Part shown: piece by piece, positions 1-13,200 of the stretch
Numbering within the stretch: position 1 is the first letter of the stretch
Layout: each line of letters begins with the position of its first letter
Assembly: GCA_965644295.1 (NCBI GenBank)
Contig: CBFFRP010000421.1
Span: 1 to 64,000 of the forward strand
Origin: Paraphysomonas bandaiensis
Lineage: Eukaryota; Protista; Chrysophyceae
DNA: 64,000 bases
Direction of reading: 5' to 3'
The notes under the pieces: model-generated
What the model saw: only the letters and a program-made list of their open reading frames with translations
What the model was told of the DNA's origin: nothing
The model's database searches: none
Program-made: the position numbers and the translations under genes

Positions 1-3000
1 AAGGCAAGGCTCACAGGAGGAAACATAGGCGCGAGACAAGGCAAATGATACCGACAAAAACCAGAAGATCGCAGGAGCTTGGAGGACTTATAGCAGTTGA
101 TTTTACTGGACCATTTTCACCTCCAGCAATAGTCACAGGAAACACCGTAGTCTTTGGAGCTACCGATGCAGCTTCAAGATACAGTTGGACATTCTATGGA
201 AAACACAGAACCGAGGATTTTGTCATTGAGTGCATTCAGAAAATTGTGGATTATCTGCATTCGAAAGGCAAACGGCTAATACACTATCATGCTGATGGTG
301 GCCGTGAGCTAGTATCACATCGTGTACTGAACTTGCTGAGAAAATTAGGATCAACCTGGACCTTCAACGCTCCGTACACGCCAGAAGACAACCCCATACA
401 AGAACGACCATGGCGCACGACCAAGGAAAGAACGCTTGCATCCATTTGCAACTCGGGCCTACCACCCAACTTCTGGGAACAGGCTATGTCCACCGTCACG
501 CATATGAAAAATCGCCTGCCATGCGCCACTGCAAAGGGATTCATATCACCGTATCAGTTCATCCACGACGAGGCCCCCGATTTATCTTACGCCAGGATTT
601 GGGGCTGCAAATGCCATACATTCATAGACAAGTCTCAGAGAAGAAACGATTGGTCTCCACATAGCCATATTGGGTACTTCATGGGATACCGAGAAGATGG
701 ACCAGGGTACGTCATATATGTACCTTCACTCAAGGACTTCGTAATCTCAAGTCACGTCTTTTTCAATGAGTGCATCCCCGACGTCAAGGAAAACTACTAC
801 GCTGAAATCGAATCATCACTGAGAGAAGAAAATTCAGAGAATCGAACAACCGAGAGCTTCCAATACCTCGTTGGAATGACCCACACAGATCCACAGGATG
901 GCCTCCAATACATCACGACAAGAATCACAGTCATCAAAGGCCACGTGGCTGCTTACAGAGGATTGGCCCCACGAGAAAATGAAGGGCGAGTCATCGAGTT
1001 AAATGACCCAATACACGCTGCGGACATCGAAAGATACACCGCCGAGCACTTCAGTTATCAGAACGCGGTATCACCCCCGCAAGAGGAACCAGGATGCCCC
1101 GTGGAAGGAACAGCTCCAGGGAGGAGCAGTTCAACCGACAGCCGTCATGACGCCACACGGGGCGGGAGTCACAGCCATTTGAGAGGACCCTACTCAAATG
1201 AAAAGGAGGCAAGGCCTCGCCGCACAGCAGAAGCTCAGCGGAATACAGTGCCGAAGGAGGCACGGGGTGACAACAAGCGTGATCACCCTGCTCGTAAGGT
1301 CAAACGAGCTATCAAGACTGTGAATTCCCAGGGTGACAGGAGCCGGCAAAGCCAGGATGGCACAATTACGGGTGTAAGGACACCCCACCGACACAAGGTG
1401 AGCCGTTGCGTAAAGAAAAGTCTCCACAGCAAGAGGCAGACCAGGAAAAGGGTAATCATGAATGTACACAAATTCGGTGATAATATATACCACTGTGATG
1501 TTGATAAAAGATATTTGTACAACCACAAAACACCTGATAAACATGATAGTTACAGAACATTATACATGAATGATGTTGACATCATTATGCATGCAAATGA
1601 CACATGTAGCAATGATGTACCTAACACACCTAACAATGTTGGCGAGGCACTATCAGGCAGGTACAAGGAACAATGGCTGAAAGCCATCAACAAAGAAATC
1701 AAGTCTCTAGAGAGCAAAGGCTGTTGGAGGATAACGACACCACCAGCAAATTCCAACATTATAAGGGGAAAATTCGTGTTTAGGGTAAAGGTCAAGCGAG
1801 ATGAGGTTACCTTCAAGGCGAGGTTAGTGGCTCAAGGTTTCTCCCAGGTCGAGGGTAAAGACTACAACGAAACCTACAGCCCAGTCGCAAAGGCCACATC
1901 AATGAGAACAGTCATAGCACTAGCAACTATACTTGGGTTGGAGCTTCACCAGGTAGATTTCTCCACTGCTTACATCAATGCAGACCTCCAAGAGGAAATT
2001 TACATGTATCCACCCGCTGGTCTCAATGTTCCAAACGGTAAAGTCCTCAGACTTCTAAAGAGTATATACGGACTCAAACAGTCCGGGTTAAATTGGTATA
2101 AATGTTGTACTAATTATTTGTTAGACTGTGGTTTTACCAGATTAGTGTCCGACCCGTGCATATTCACGAAATCAATCAATGGTCGACCCATAATTCTGGC
2201 AGTTTACGTCGATGACATCATTATCGCCGGTAAAAGTAGGACTGACATCATCCAAATCAAGAATTCGTTAGCTGAAAAATTCGACATTCATGATCTCGGC
2301 CTCCTAGATTACTACCTCGGCATATTCGTCAAACAGGATATACAGAATCGAACTACGACACTAAATCAATCTCAATACATACGGAACCTACTCCACAGAT
2401 TCAACATGGAAGATTGCAAGCCACGTAGTCACCCCATGACAACAAATTTTCATATAGACATTCTCGAAAAGAAACAACTATCTCAAGAAAATCAAGAATT
2501 TGTCCAAAATTTTCCTTACAAGGAGCTCATAGCCGCATTAAACATACTTAGGTACCTCAAAGGCACTATCGATCAAGGTCTACAGTACTCCGGGAAGTCT
2601 GTTACTTTAACTGGATTCGCTGACAGTGATTGGGCACGCTGTAACTTGACTCGCAGGTCGACCACAGCGTTTTGCTTCTTTATTGGAAATTGTCTCATTT
2701 CCTGGCAATCACGACTCCAGACCACTGTAGCTCTATCCTCTACAGAAGCGGAGTACATGGCACTATCAACAGCATGTCAAGAAGCTATTTGGCTACGGTC
2801 ACTACTCTCGGAATTGGGCTTCCACATGCCATACTCAACAACCATATGGTGTGACAACAAAGGTGCAATTCAACTATGCCTAAACCCCGTACACCACCGA
2901 CGAACAAAACATATTGCCATCAGATATCACTTCATAAGAGAACAAGTCGCATCGCACTCTATTATTGTTGATTACATGCCTACAAACGAGATGCTGGCCG

Positions 3001-3158
3001 ACATTCTAACTAAACCCCTCACATCAAACACGTTCCACAGATTGCGGGATTCACTAATGGGGGGGGGAGGTATCAACATACCTGCTAGCAATAAAAGAAC
3101 AAAAGTATCTATCCCACCGGCAGAGAACTCAACCAAGAGACCACGATGGATGACTTAG
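1..3158 (+). mobile_element. Ty1/copia LTR-retrotransposon pol region (integrase, RT, RNase H); ORF open from upstream of the window
   Basis: Copia domain order INT-RT-RH. Integrase D (IAVDFTG), D (YHADGG), E (IQERPW); SH3-like RIWGCKC...GYFMGY; RT KARLVAQG, LYGLKQ-type IYGLKQSG, YVDD; RNase H FADSDWA, STEAEY, CDNKGA, ADILTK. The frame upstream of the ATG at 45 is open (GKAHRRK). Confidence 0.97.
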
Positions 3159-3312
3159 AGATCTACGGAGTTTCCCACGAGTATGCTGTATGTTGACATC
3201 AGTGTAATCCACAATCTGTGATTGCACTCGTGGGTTTTACCCTCAGTAGAACTATCTCCAAATATATACACCTATATCCATATTTCTATGTATACGCCAT
3301 ATGATTATTTCA

Positions 3313-3323
3313 TTGAGGGGGAG
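3313..3323 (+). other. Polypurine tract of the copia element
   Basis: TTGAGGGGGAG, the typical copia PPT, about 155 bp after the pol stop. Confidence 0.85.
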
Positions 3324-3531
3324 TATTAGGAGTCATTGATTCACGTATATCTCTTAACGCGTGAATACAACACACATATACAATGAAATACCAAATAGAC
3401 TGAATAATTACCAAACTATACATGATACGCGACTGTACAAGATACGCACATGTGTGTGGTGCTAACGCTCTGCTCAAACGTGTCTTGCTATTATACTATT
3501 AGGCCTTATCGTTCAATCTTTATCTCTAATA
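3324..3531 (+). repeat. Probable 3' LTR (~208 bp) with TATTAG...CTAATA termini
   Basis: Starts immediately after the PPT with TATTAG; the inverted hexamer CTAATA lies at 3526-3531. The right boundary is unconfirmed because the 5' LTR is outside the window. Confidence 0.5.
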
Positions 3532-4205
3532 ATATCAAGTATATTCTTACTAAATATTAAGACTAACCTTAAATCTTATTTGATCTACGTCAAACTTGTG
3601 TCTATTTTGCCTGACAACTACAAGTAATATATCACAACTTCTAATGCTGGAATACCCAGCTGTTTGGTTGTACTAACATTTACTCCATTTTGATATGCAT
3701 TTGATATATGCAAAGGAAAATTTCGGTAGTAGTTCTAACTGAAAAATATATTGTCTATTGTCATTCCTTAAGACTTAAGACGGCGGGTTGCTTTCCTGGG
3801 TCGCAAGGTAGCAATTATAAATTATTGAATAAGATGAAAATTTTCAAGTTGTGAAGTTGCTTGCAGCTAAGCTAAGTAGTCATATACTCATTCATTGGAA
3901 TGGACGTAATACTTAACCTAATCACAATCATTCAATGTTTAACTACATTGTCAACCAATTTCGGTGGAAATACCTATCTAACTAGATGAAAACCTCGTAA
4001 TTAATTAATTGTGAATTAGAGTTCAACAATGACGAGATCATTTGGATGTCAATGGTATTCGCATCGTCAGAATTAAATACTTCAATTCAAACTGTACCCA
4101 TTCATGAATGAAGAAAACGATAAATTCATGCAAGTCGTCACACTTCTACATCGTAATGAAATACGAATAGGCTAGTATCACACCTATATGCACCCACTGC
4201 ATATA

Positions 4206-4642
4206 CTACTGCAAATTATTCACCGTAGAAGATTGAAAGTAGAACGCCGGATCTGGTAAAGTACCTGCTTCACAGGTTTTGCTGAATAAAACTACGGTGA
4301 CTTCTCCCCCACCGCTACAGAGGTCAGTGTTGTGAAAACGGTACCGCGAAGGTTGCTTGTAAGCGCGTCGACGAGCAAATGCTTGCGGAGATGCAATCGA
4401 CTGCATAGAAGTAACGCTGTCATGAATGAATGGTACTACACTCCGCTGACAGTGCAAGCTTAAGTATGTCACTGTTGCATAAGACCATGAATATAACCAC
4501 CACTACTTTGACAGATATGGAACACCTTCATATTCATATTAATACCACTTACTAGCATATCAAGACATGCACGCAGTTAGTATTGTGCTGGTATTATACG
4601 TGCACTTAAAGGGAGTATCACATTCACGTATTTCAATTGCAT
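4206..4642 (-). CDS. Speculative small two-exon gene, possibly secreted
   Basis: ATG at 4642 (MQLKYVNVILPLSA); a GT..AG intron at 4599-4472 joins it in frame to ORF 4206-4472 and gives a hydrophobic N-terminus. No recognisable homology. Confidence 0.2.
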
Positions 4643-4763
4643 CGACACGAACTCTATACCAGCAATGCAAGGTTCGATGTAGTTAAAACGACGACATGGT
4701 GCAGAGGGTTCTTTAGTACAGCACCTTGCAAACAAGGCCCCAACTCCTGATGGATACGATCCG

Positions 4764-5554
4764 TGTATGTATGTATGTATGTATGTATGTATGTATGTAT
4801 GTATGTATGTATGTATGTATGTATGTATGTATGTATGTATGTATGTATGTATGTATGTATGTATGTATGTATGTATGTATGTATGTATGTATGTATGTAT
4901 GTATGTATGTATGTATGTATGTATGTATGTATGTATGTATGTATGTATGTATGTATGTATGTATGTATGTATGTATGTATGTATGTATGTATGTATGTAT
5001 GTATGTATGTATTTATGTATGTATGTATGTATGTATGTATGTATGTATGTATGTATGTATGTATGTATGTATGTATGTATGTATGTATGTATGTATGTAT
5101 GTATGTATGTATGTATGTATGTATGTATGTATGTATGTATGTATGTACAGTATGTATGTATGTATGTATGTATGTATGTATGTATGTATGTATGTATGTA
5201 TGTATGTATGTATGTATGTATGTATGTATGTATGTATGTATGTATGTATGTATGTATGTATGTATGTATGTATGTATGTATGTATGTATGTATGTATGTA
5301 TGTATGTATGTATGTATGTATGTATGTATGTATGTATGTATGTATGTATGTATGTATGTATGTATGTATGTATGTATGTATGTATGTATGTATGTATGTA
5401 TGTATGTATGTATGTATGTATGTATGTATGTATGTATGTATGTATGTATGTATGTATGTATGTATGTATGTATGTATGTATGTATGTATGTATGTATGTA
5501 TGTATGTATGTATGTATGTATGTATGTATGTATGTATGTATGTATGTATGTATG
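4764..5554. repeat. (TATG)n microsatellite array, ~790 bp
   Basis: Near-perfect tetranucleotide repeat with interruptions near 5013 and 5148. Confidence 0.99.
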
Positions 5555-5748
5555 ATATGATCAGGTTAGGATGGTTTGGAGCTGCTGTTAATCGTCTCAT
5601 ATCTCCAGGAGAGTGTGCAGGCATAACTTCTCTGTTATGTAAAGTGTTTCCAATATGTCTGTATGTCATATCATTTCAAGCCATATCTAAAATAGATATA
5701 CTCATATCTGTTGCCTTTAGTTTGATATCGAGAGTTTAGTTTTTAGAA

Positions 5749-8700
5749 ATGATTCGAAACACTTCAAAGAGATCTTTACCTTCATTCGATGCCGCACCAC
5801 TTCCAATACTCAACAGTCCAGAGTACACATCGTCTAATCCTCAATTAAATCATTTGTTTATTGATAATCAGTACTTTAGTGAGCCATGGCATTCAGATTA
5901 TTTTATGAATGTATGTAACCCGCTGCCTCTAGTTTTATATGAAATACTAATGTGATGATATTAGGCCCCTGAAGAAAGTCATTTTAAAGAGCCATGGAGG
6001 TTGAAAGAAAAGATGAAAACTTCTGGAGTTGCCCTAGTTGTTTGTTTAAACATTGGTGTTGATCCTCCCGATATTGTCAAACCTGCCAATTGCGCTCGCC
6101 GTGAATGTTACTTTGACCCGAGCATCGCACCCAAACAAAAGAGTTTGGAGATCATCGGCAATTCACTCCAGACACAATACCAGAAATGGCAATCAAAAGC
6201 AAAGTATAAGCAGTGTCTGGACCCGACTGCTCATGAGCTGGAGCGTATTTGCGTAAACCTGCGACGTCAGGTAAAGAACGACAGACTGCTTCTCCACTAC
6301 AATGGCCACGGTGTACCAAGACCCACAAAGAATGGCGAGATGTGGGTATTTGGGAAGCACTATACGCACTACATGCCAGTGTCAGTTGATGAATTGAGGG
6401 GTTGGCTGGGCGAGCCTTCGATATTTGTACTTGACTGCTCCGGGGCGGGCGCATTGCTGCCTCATTTCCGGGATCCATTACATCACTCAAGCGATAATAA
6501 AAGCTCTCAAGATATATACGCTGGCAACCGAGAAGGGACAGACCGCCAGTCTAGCCTTTCCAATGTTGATAGTGACCGTACGAATGGTGGGGCGGGTAAG
6601 CCCAACGCGAGTGCTCCTGATTCTTCCTGTATTGTGCTCGCGGCGTGCCAAGCGGATGAAATTCTTCCGGTTGACCCGCAGTATCCTGCCGACATCTTTA
6701 CAGCTTGTTTAACCACCCCTATACCCATCGCCCTTCGGTGGTTTATTGTACAGGTATTCGTCCTGTATACTTCCGTATTCTGTATCTTATGTTTGCTTTA
6801 CTGTTATCTACATTCTACAGAACCCGCACCTTTCTTCTGAGATGAGTCTTGATATTGCCGAGAGCATTCCTGGAAAAGATACAGACAGAAAGAGTCCTAA
6901 AGGGTTGTTGAATTGGATTTTTACGGCAGTTGCAGACACTATAGCCTGGAGCGTACTGCCATCTTCCATGTTTCAGAAAATGTTTAGACAGGACCTACTT
7001 GTGGCGTCCTTGTTCCGGTGAGTTGACAAGAAATTCAAACCTTAACGAATGTCTCACTATATATGATTTAAGGAATTTTCTTCTTGCCAAACGCATTATG
7101 CGTAGTTTCAACTGCACACCGCAATCACAGCCATCACTCCCGGACTGTTCTACCCACCCCCTGTGGCAAGCGTGGGACTCTGCCGTAGAGCACTGCCTAC
7201 TGTACGTCCGCTCGCTACAAAAGGCTGGTCCAGGAGGGCTAGGAGACGGTCAGACAGGAGCGGCCGTCAGTGCCCAGCGAGCGGTGGGGCAGGGGAATGG
7301 AAACTCTTCACCAGTCATACAATCGTCATTTTTTAATGATCAACTTATGGCATTCGAAGTTTGGCTCGACTTTGGTGGGCCCGGGGGTTGCTACAAGGAC
7401 AACAAAGAGCCCCCTGTGTGTCTGCCTATCCTTTTACAGGTTAGAGAAACATTACAATCACTTTATTACTACAATCACGTTTATCATGCCGTTGCACCAT
7501 ATATAATCTTTGCTGTGTTGCATGTAAATTGCGCTTTATGTGATATACTAGGCATTACTATCACACGCACATCGTCTGAAAGCACTCCATTTGCTCCGAC
7601 GGTACGTCACCCTGGGACCTGAGGCCGTGCATTCCATCCTTGCTGTCGGTGTATTCCCCTACATTCTGAGACTATTGCACAACCCTGTGGCAGAAATCCC
7701 ATATGTACTCATGTCTATATGGACTTATGTTATTGGGTTTGACAACTCTTGCCGCGAAGAGCTTGTTAAAGATATTCGAGATAAAGCAGAGAGTAAGTTC
7801 TTACAGTGTCTGAAGAGCACGGATGCTCCCTATCCGGAGCGTACAATGGCTGCATTTGTGCAGGCGGAAATATGCAATGGCTATCGTGCCGGGCAGCAGG
7901 TGTTTCTCAATCTTAGCGTGCACCGTGTGCTGTCGTCACTCCTTGCTGAGCCAGATGTGATGTGTCACTCACACCTCAAGAAGTGGATAGCGCTTTGTCT
8001 ATGTAAAATATGTGAAGACTTTCCTCAGGCCAAACGACAGTGTATAGTTGACGAAACCCACTTTTACTTATACCCGCTACTGCAAGATTCCCACCCGGCT
8101 GTGCGAACAGCAGCTGTGCTAGCGCTGGGGGAGCTTTTTGGCGCATCTACGTTGGTTTACCCCGCTGTGGCCCCACCGGACACTAAACTCACTCAAGAGC
8201 AAAGCGATATTCGATCAAAAGAATTAGAAATTTCTATGCAAATTCTCGAAAGTTGCGCAGATGGCTGTGCCGCGGTGAGGAGGGAAGCTATCATTGCGCT
8301 GTCCAAGGTACGCCATGTACAGTTACACATTGACTTCTATATGGAAACTTTTTTATCATGAGGTTAGTAACATAATACTTTTATGTACAGATGGTTTTGT
8401 TACCCATTCACTACGAATACATCAAGCTGATTGCTGTTTCAATTTCATCTATCACCGGGGACACGGAATCATTAGTTCCCGACGAGGAGCCTCCACAACC
8501 CACCGCATATGGTACACCCAAGACATCCCCCAATCGGCCATCTTCCAGCAAACACTTTTCTCCAACGAAGCCTAGTAAACAGACCCCGAGACAAACTCCA
8601 AGTAAGAGTACTAGGGAGAAACGTGACAACACGAGCTCGTCACCACGAGCAACAAGGCCCAACTGGAGCATTAGTCCGAAACAGTCTGCCGAGTTGATTG

Positions 8701-11446
8701 ATAGCATCACAATGTATGTGGAACGCCGTGAATTGTGTGGAGACGCGATGTCACAAAGCCAGAGCGTGTTGTGGAATTGTGCTCCCGATGTAGCTCATTC
8801 AGTACCACCGTCTCATGCTCCTCCGCCATTGGAGATTGATGAGGACAATATGATATCACTGGAGGATGTGCCAGAGAGCATAGAGTTTAGTTTCCCGAGG
8901 TTAGATCCAACATTCATAGTATGTATATTTAGTCACATATTCACTTATAGACATATTGCCTCCTCATACGTTCAGTTGTGGTTGTGTCTTCTGGAAGTGC
9001 AAAAGAGTGACCCCCATCCTCCCGTAGCCAGGGCGGCGAAGGCAATCTTTTTTCATATTAAAGTGCAGGTGCTAGATCATGAAATTGTGCAAAACATTCC
9101 ACAACATTGATGTGGTCATCTGTAGATAGTTTTGATTTGTCAATGTCATATTATTGTTATTTGCTCATATCACACGATGCAGATGACTAGGGAGATGCTA
9201 ACCGAGCCGACCGAGAAAGGTGACCTTGCTGGTAGTGCCCGTCGAAGTGAAGGTGGTTGGGGTGGGGCCCCTATGAACCTACGAGACCTGCGGGACCCCA
9301 CCCGCCCTATATCTCAAGATATATATCGTTCCAGTCCACGGGCTCAAGAACGACCTCCTCTGCATGGCCTCTCGTCAGCGTCTCCCCTATTTCTCGCCAT
9401 CCCTGAAGGGTCCCCTCGAAATGGCGACGGCGACCGGCGTCCAGCCACGGCCTTTGCTTTGGAGGGGGTTGACAGTGTAACCAGTGACCACGGACAACAG
9501 AAGATGGCGTCAGATCTTGCACTCATGAGTAACGCATACGACTGGAATAGGTACGGCCGGTTCCAATTTTTTCTGTTTTAATGTGTTCTTTTCGCTGTTC
9601 ACATTTATAGAAAGTTTTTTTTAAGGCCTGATATGGGGTATGATCCGGTGTGTGACCTTCTCAGTCCTGAGGGACGAGAGCGCTCTAATCGGTGTGTATA
9701 TTGTGGGTTTAGTGGCTGAGTATGCGAATTTAATCATTCTATTTCAGACTGTTGATGCGGGCAGAAGTCACAGATCTCTCAAACCGAATCGCCGAGAGTT
9801 TCCGCCCTATTCATGACAGTGGTCTGGCAACCTTACTGATGGAAAAGGACCTATCTCCAGATTCGAATGAGAGCTATATGCAGTCGGTGGTGCATACTAA
9901 CAACAGTGGAAATGTCGTCGACCAGCCGCAGAGACAGGGGATGCATGCAGCTCTGCTGCCTTCCTCCCTTACGAAGTTTGAGAGCAAGGGTATATTACGC
10001 GTAGAAAATGCATCTTTGACATCGAATGCGATGTTTCATGCATTTCACGATATCCTAGCGGTCTCTGATGACAAGGGGGTTGGTATTTGGTCACTAGATA
10101 GTGGGACTCAGATCATGCATATAAAATCAGCTTCCGCTTCCAACTCATCTACTTTACTTAATTCAACTGTTGAACCCTCGCTGCCTCTTGGCTCAACCGG
10201 AAAGCGTGGTAATTCTGTTCCAGCCTTTACCGGCCAAGACAGTGCACTAATCACAAGCATGTCGTGGGTAAACGAGTCTCTCGACTCGCTGCTCATGGTT
10301 GGTAGCGAGGACGGAGCGGTGAAGATATGGCGCGATGTCGGGGACTCAATAGACGACACGCTACGAGCATCACTGGAGGGTTCAGCTAGTAGCTCTGAGC
10401 ATAATGCTGCCTCGGGTGTTGTCCTTGCCTCTGCGTTCAAGGCGTTACCAGATATTGCTGGAAGCTCTGTTGGTTCGGGAATGGTGATGTCATGGCAGCA
10501 AAGCGCAGGACTACTGAGTGTAGCGGGAAATAGCCCCGTGATCCGGTTGTGGGATGTCTCTCAGGAGAAGTGCGTGACAACATTTCAAACAGGAATGGAG
10601 ACGTGTACAACTACTCTAGTCTCACAGACATCTGCAGTTCGTGGGGGGCTAGATGCCACCTCATCATGGGGGTGCAGCATTGCTGGCCGAAATGCGGATG
10701 AATACCTACAACCTGGATCTGGATCCATATTTGCCTGGAGTTTTGCGGGGTTCGCTGACGGATCAATTGGAATATACGACCAGAGGGTGGATTCCCGAGG
10801 AGGCCGGGTGCATGCCGCGAAGGAGCATGACTCGTGGATAGTTGGCGCCTATCTACGGGCGGATATACCAGAAGTAAGTGTCATTACCTAGGCTAATATA
10901 TATGAATGGATAAGTTACGTTAAATTTGATACCGTTTAAGGACATGAGTGTGTTTATGCTGTAATGGGCTGCGGTGCAGGTTATTACTGGTGCTGTGTCT
11001 GGAGGAGTGAAATTCTGGGACATTCGCTCTATGCGTTCATACAAGACTATAGAGGTAGATTTTATGTTTAGCTTAAAGGCACAGTATGTGCTAATGAATC
11101 CATTTCTTTTGTGTGTAGGTCCACAAGTCACCACTTACTGCATTGAGTGTCCATAATTGTGCGCCCATCATGGCCACCGGTTCCCAAGCACAGTTCATAA
11201 AGATACTTACTCTGGCTGGAGATCAATTAGGAATGATTAGGTAGGTAGTATAGTGCTTCTGAGTGTGAAATAGCCTTTCTCTACAAGATTACTATACTGA
11301 TTGTGTACGACTGCAGGTATCATGATGGCTTTATGGGTAACAGGATTGGTCCCGTTTCGTGTCTAGCCTTTCACCCTGTCCGTATGTTGATGGCAGCGGG
11401 ATCAACAGATAACCTCCTATCTATATATTCAATTCCAGATGGATAA
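5749..11446 (+). CDS. RPTOR: Regulatory-associated protein of TOR (RAPTOR/KOG1), multi-exon
   Basis: RNC domain WRLKEKMKT...[66 protein letters not shown]; HEAT repeats; WD40 C-terminus ending [21 protein letters not shown]...SIPDG* (TAA 11444-11446). ORF pieces are joined by GT-AG introns, the first at 5911-5964. Confidence 0.96.
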
Positions 11447-11618
11447 TTTAATTCTGTGGTGGTTATATTCCCAAGTCTATCCGAGAAGTGTGTATTGTAG
11501 CTGGTTACTGTGGAATTTTTAATAATTAATAGTAAATTGTGCATTCGAAAAGTGATACTAGCACATCTTCACGGAAGCATAGTTTTGATACACCGCAATA
11601 TATTTTTTGATAAATTAG

Positions 11619-11963
11619 GCACCTGCACACGAAGGTGAACTCGATGAAGAGAAAGATGAGGAGGAGGAAGACGAGACCATTCGTTTACTTAAAGACAACC
11701 GAAAATGCAAAAAAGCACGCACCAAACTGCCAACACAATATCGTTGCATGAAGCATTTGTATAGCACTACCAATGCTTGTAAGAGGTTGTTTAGCAGAGC
11801 TAAGATTGTTTTGACTGATTTTCGCAAGCGAATGACACCTAGACACCTTGAAATGTTGATTTCTCTGCGTGCAAATCGGCATCTTTGGGATGATATTATA
11901 GTTCAGAAGGTATATCAAGTATAATTGCAATTATAATTGACTCTAGCTTGCTCCAATTAATTG
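11619..11963 (+). pseudogene. hAT transposase C-terminal (dimerisation) fragment plus subterminal sequence
   Basis: Translates ...HLYSTTNACKRLFSRAKIVLTDFRKRMTPRHLEMLISLRANRHLWDD, matching the hAT C-terminal pattern TSNxxERLFS...R..M.P..LE...L..N..LW. Confidence 0.8.
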
Positions 11964-12444
11964 TTAGTTAATTGCAATAAATTAATCAAAATAATGCCAC
12001 CTTTTTATGGTGAAAAGTTATTAAAAATCGTAATTTTTATAGCAAAAATCCAATTTTTAGGATAAAGTCGAAGATTGATGAAAGATTATAATATTCATAT
12101 TGAATGTCTTATTATTTAGCAATAGGCGTTGAATATAATATCCATAGTAGGATTATCTCACATAGCATAATTTCATTTAATTAATTAGCGATATGAACGA
12201 TAAACTGTACCAGAAGTCTTTGAGAAAATCAATGATAATAACGAAGAGCTTGCAAAAGAGACTCCACATTAGCCATGATTGACCGCTACTTGCTTCTATC
12301 TAATCATTTGCGATCATGCGAGTTTGGTTCCGACGTGTTAAAAGTCTAATACCAAGTGAAAAGGTGCATGTCAAGCGTGCAATTACGGGAGGAATTGGAA
12401 TTGTTTTAACTCTAGTGTCCATACAATTATATAGAGGTAAGGTA

Positions 12445-12935
12445 GATACCAGCTTGACCTCCACGACGTTTGTACATTGTTTGACGAACTAATCATAAGG
12501 CACCCGATTGTTGAGCGTCATCTGGGTGACAATGCTGCTATTATTATTTATAACTCTGCTTTCAAAAAGGCAGTCGTGAAGATTCAATGTGGCAACGAAA
12601 TCGTACTAACTTGGACGGAAATGGATCAAATTAAAATATATTTGCTCGATGATGATGATGAAGATTATGACAGTGAGAGTCTAGTTCCAAATGACGACGC
12701 AGCGCAACGTTAGACTAATGTAGCAGGAGGCGGAAGCGTGCATGACTTAGCCAGCAAACTCGTTACCGCAACATGAAGCACTTGCATGCCACAACCAATA
12801 AGATTGAAAGGTTGGTCAGTAGAGCTAAGATTGTTATGACGGGCTTGCGCAAGAGCTTGACTCCTCGACATTTAAGAGCTACTTATTTTTTTACGCATGA
12901 ACAGTTGCCTCTGGAATGAAATGACAGCTGAGGTA
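12445..12935 (+). pseudogene. Second degraded hAT transposase fragment
   Basis: LFDELIIRHP...AFKKAVVKIQCG, then after a stop and frameshifts HLHATTNKIERLVSRAKIVMTGLRKSLTPRHL/ELLIFLRMNSCLWNE. Confidence 0.75.
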
Positions 12936-12984
12936 GCTATATATTGTTTATGTTTGCTACTCAAGTTAGTTTTCCGGAAAAATA

Positions 12985-13200
12985 TCTCCGGTACTTATCC
13001 CCCAGAACACCACGTAAAGGTGCGAGTCCGAATTTGTTGAGGGTATATTTTTGTAATGATCTGTAAGAGCATGCCAGTGTAAACCTCCACGACGCCTTGA
13101 ACTTCCTTCGCATCAACAAGTACTTGTGGACCACGAAGACAGTTCAACAGTTCATCGATGATAGACCGTCCAATCATGACGAGAATGAGTTGGAATACTT
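12985..13200 (+). pseudogene. Third, highly degraded hAT C-terminal fragment
   Basis: TT*RCESEF...KSM...FLRINKYLWTTKTVQQ across frameshifts. Confidence 0.45.

Noticed and set aside
3059-3070. G homopolymer near the pol end as a programmed frameshift site
   Set aside because: It lies after the RNase H motifs and no downstream ORF is available to shift into.
4726-5739. Long ORFs of MYVC/HTYI repeats (also at 29.3-30.0, 46.2-46.7 and 59.7-60.2 kb)
   Set aside because: Translation artefacts: the TATG repeat has no stop codon in any frame.
6290-6450. Caspase-like His/Cys motifs in RAPTOR (HYNGHG, DCS)
   Set aside because: A known conserved property of the RAPTOR N-terminal domain.
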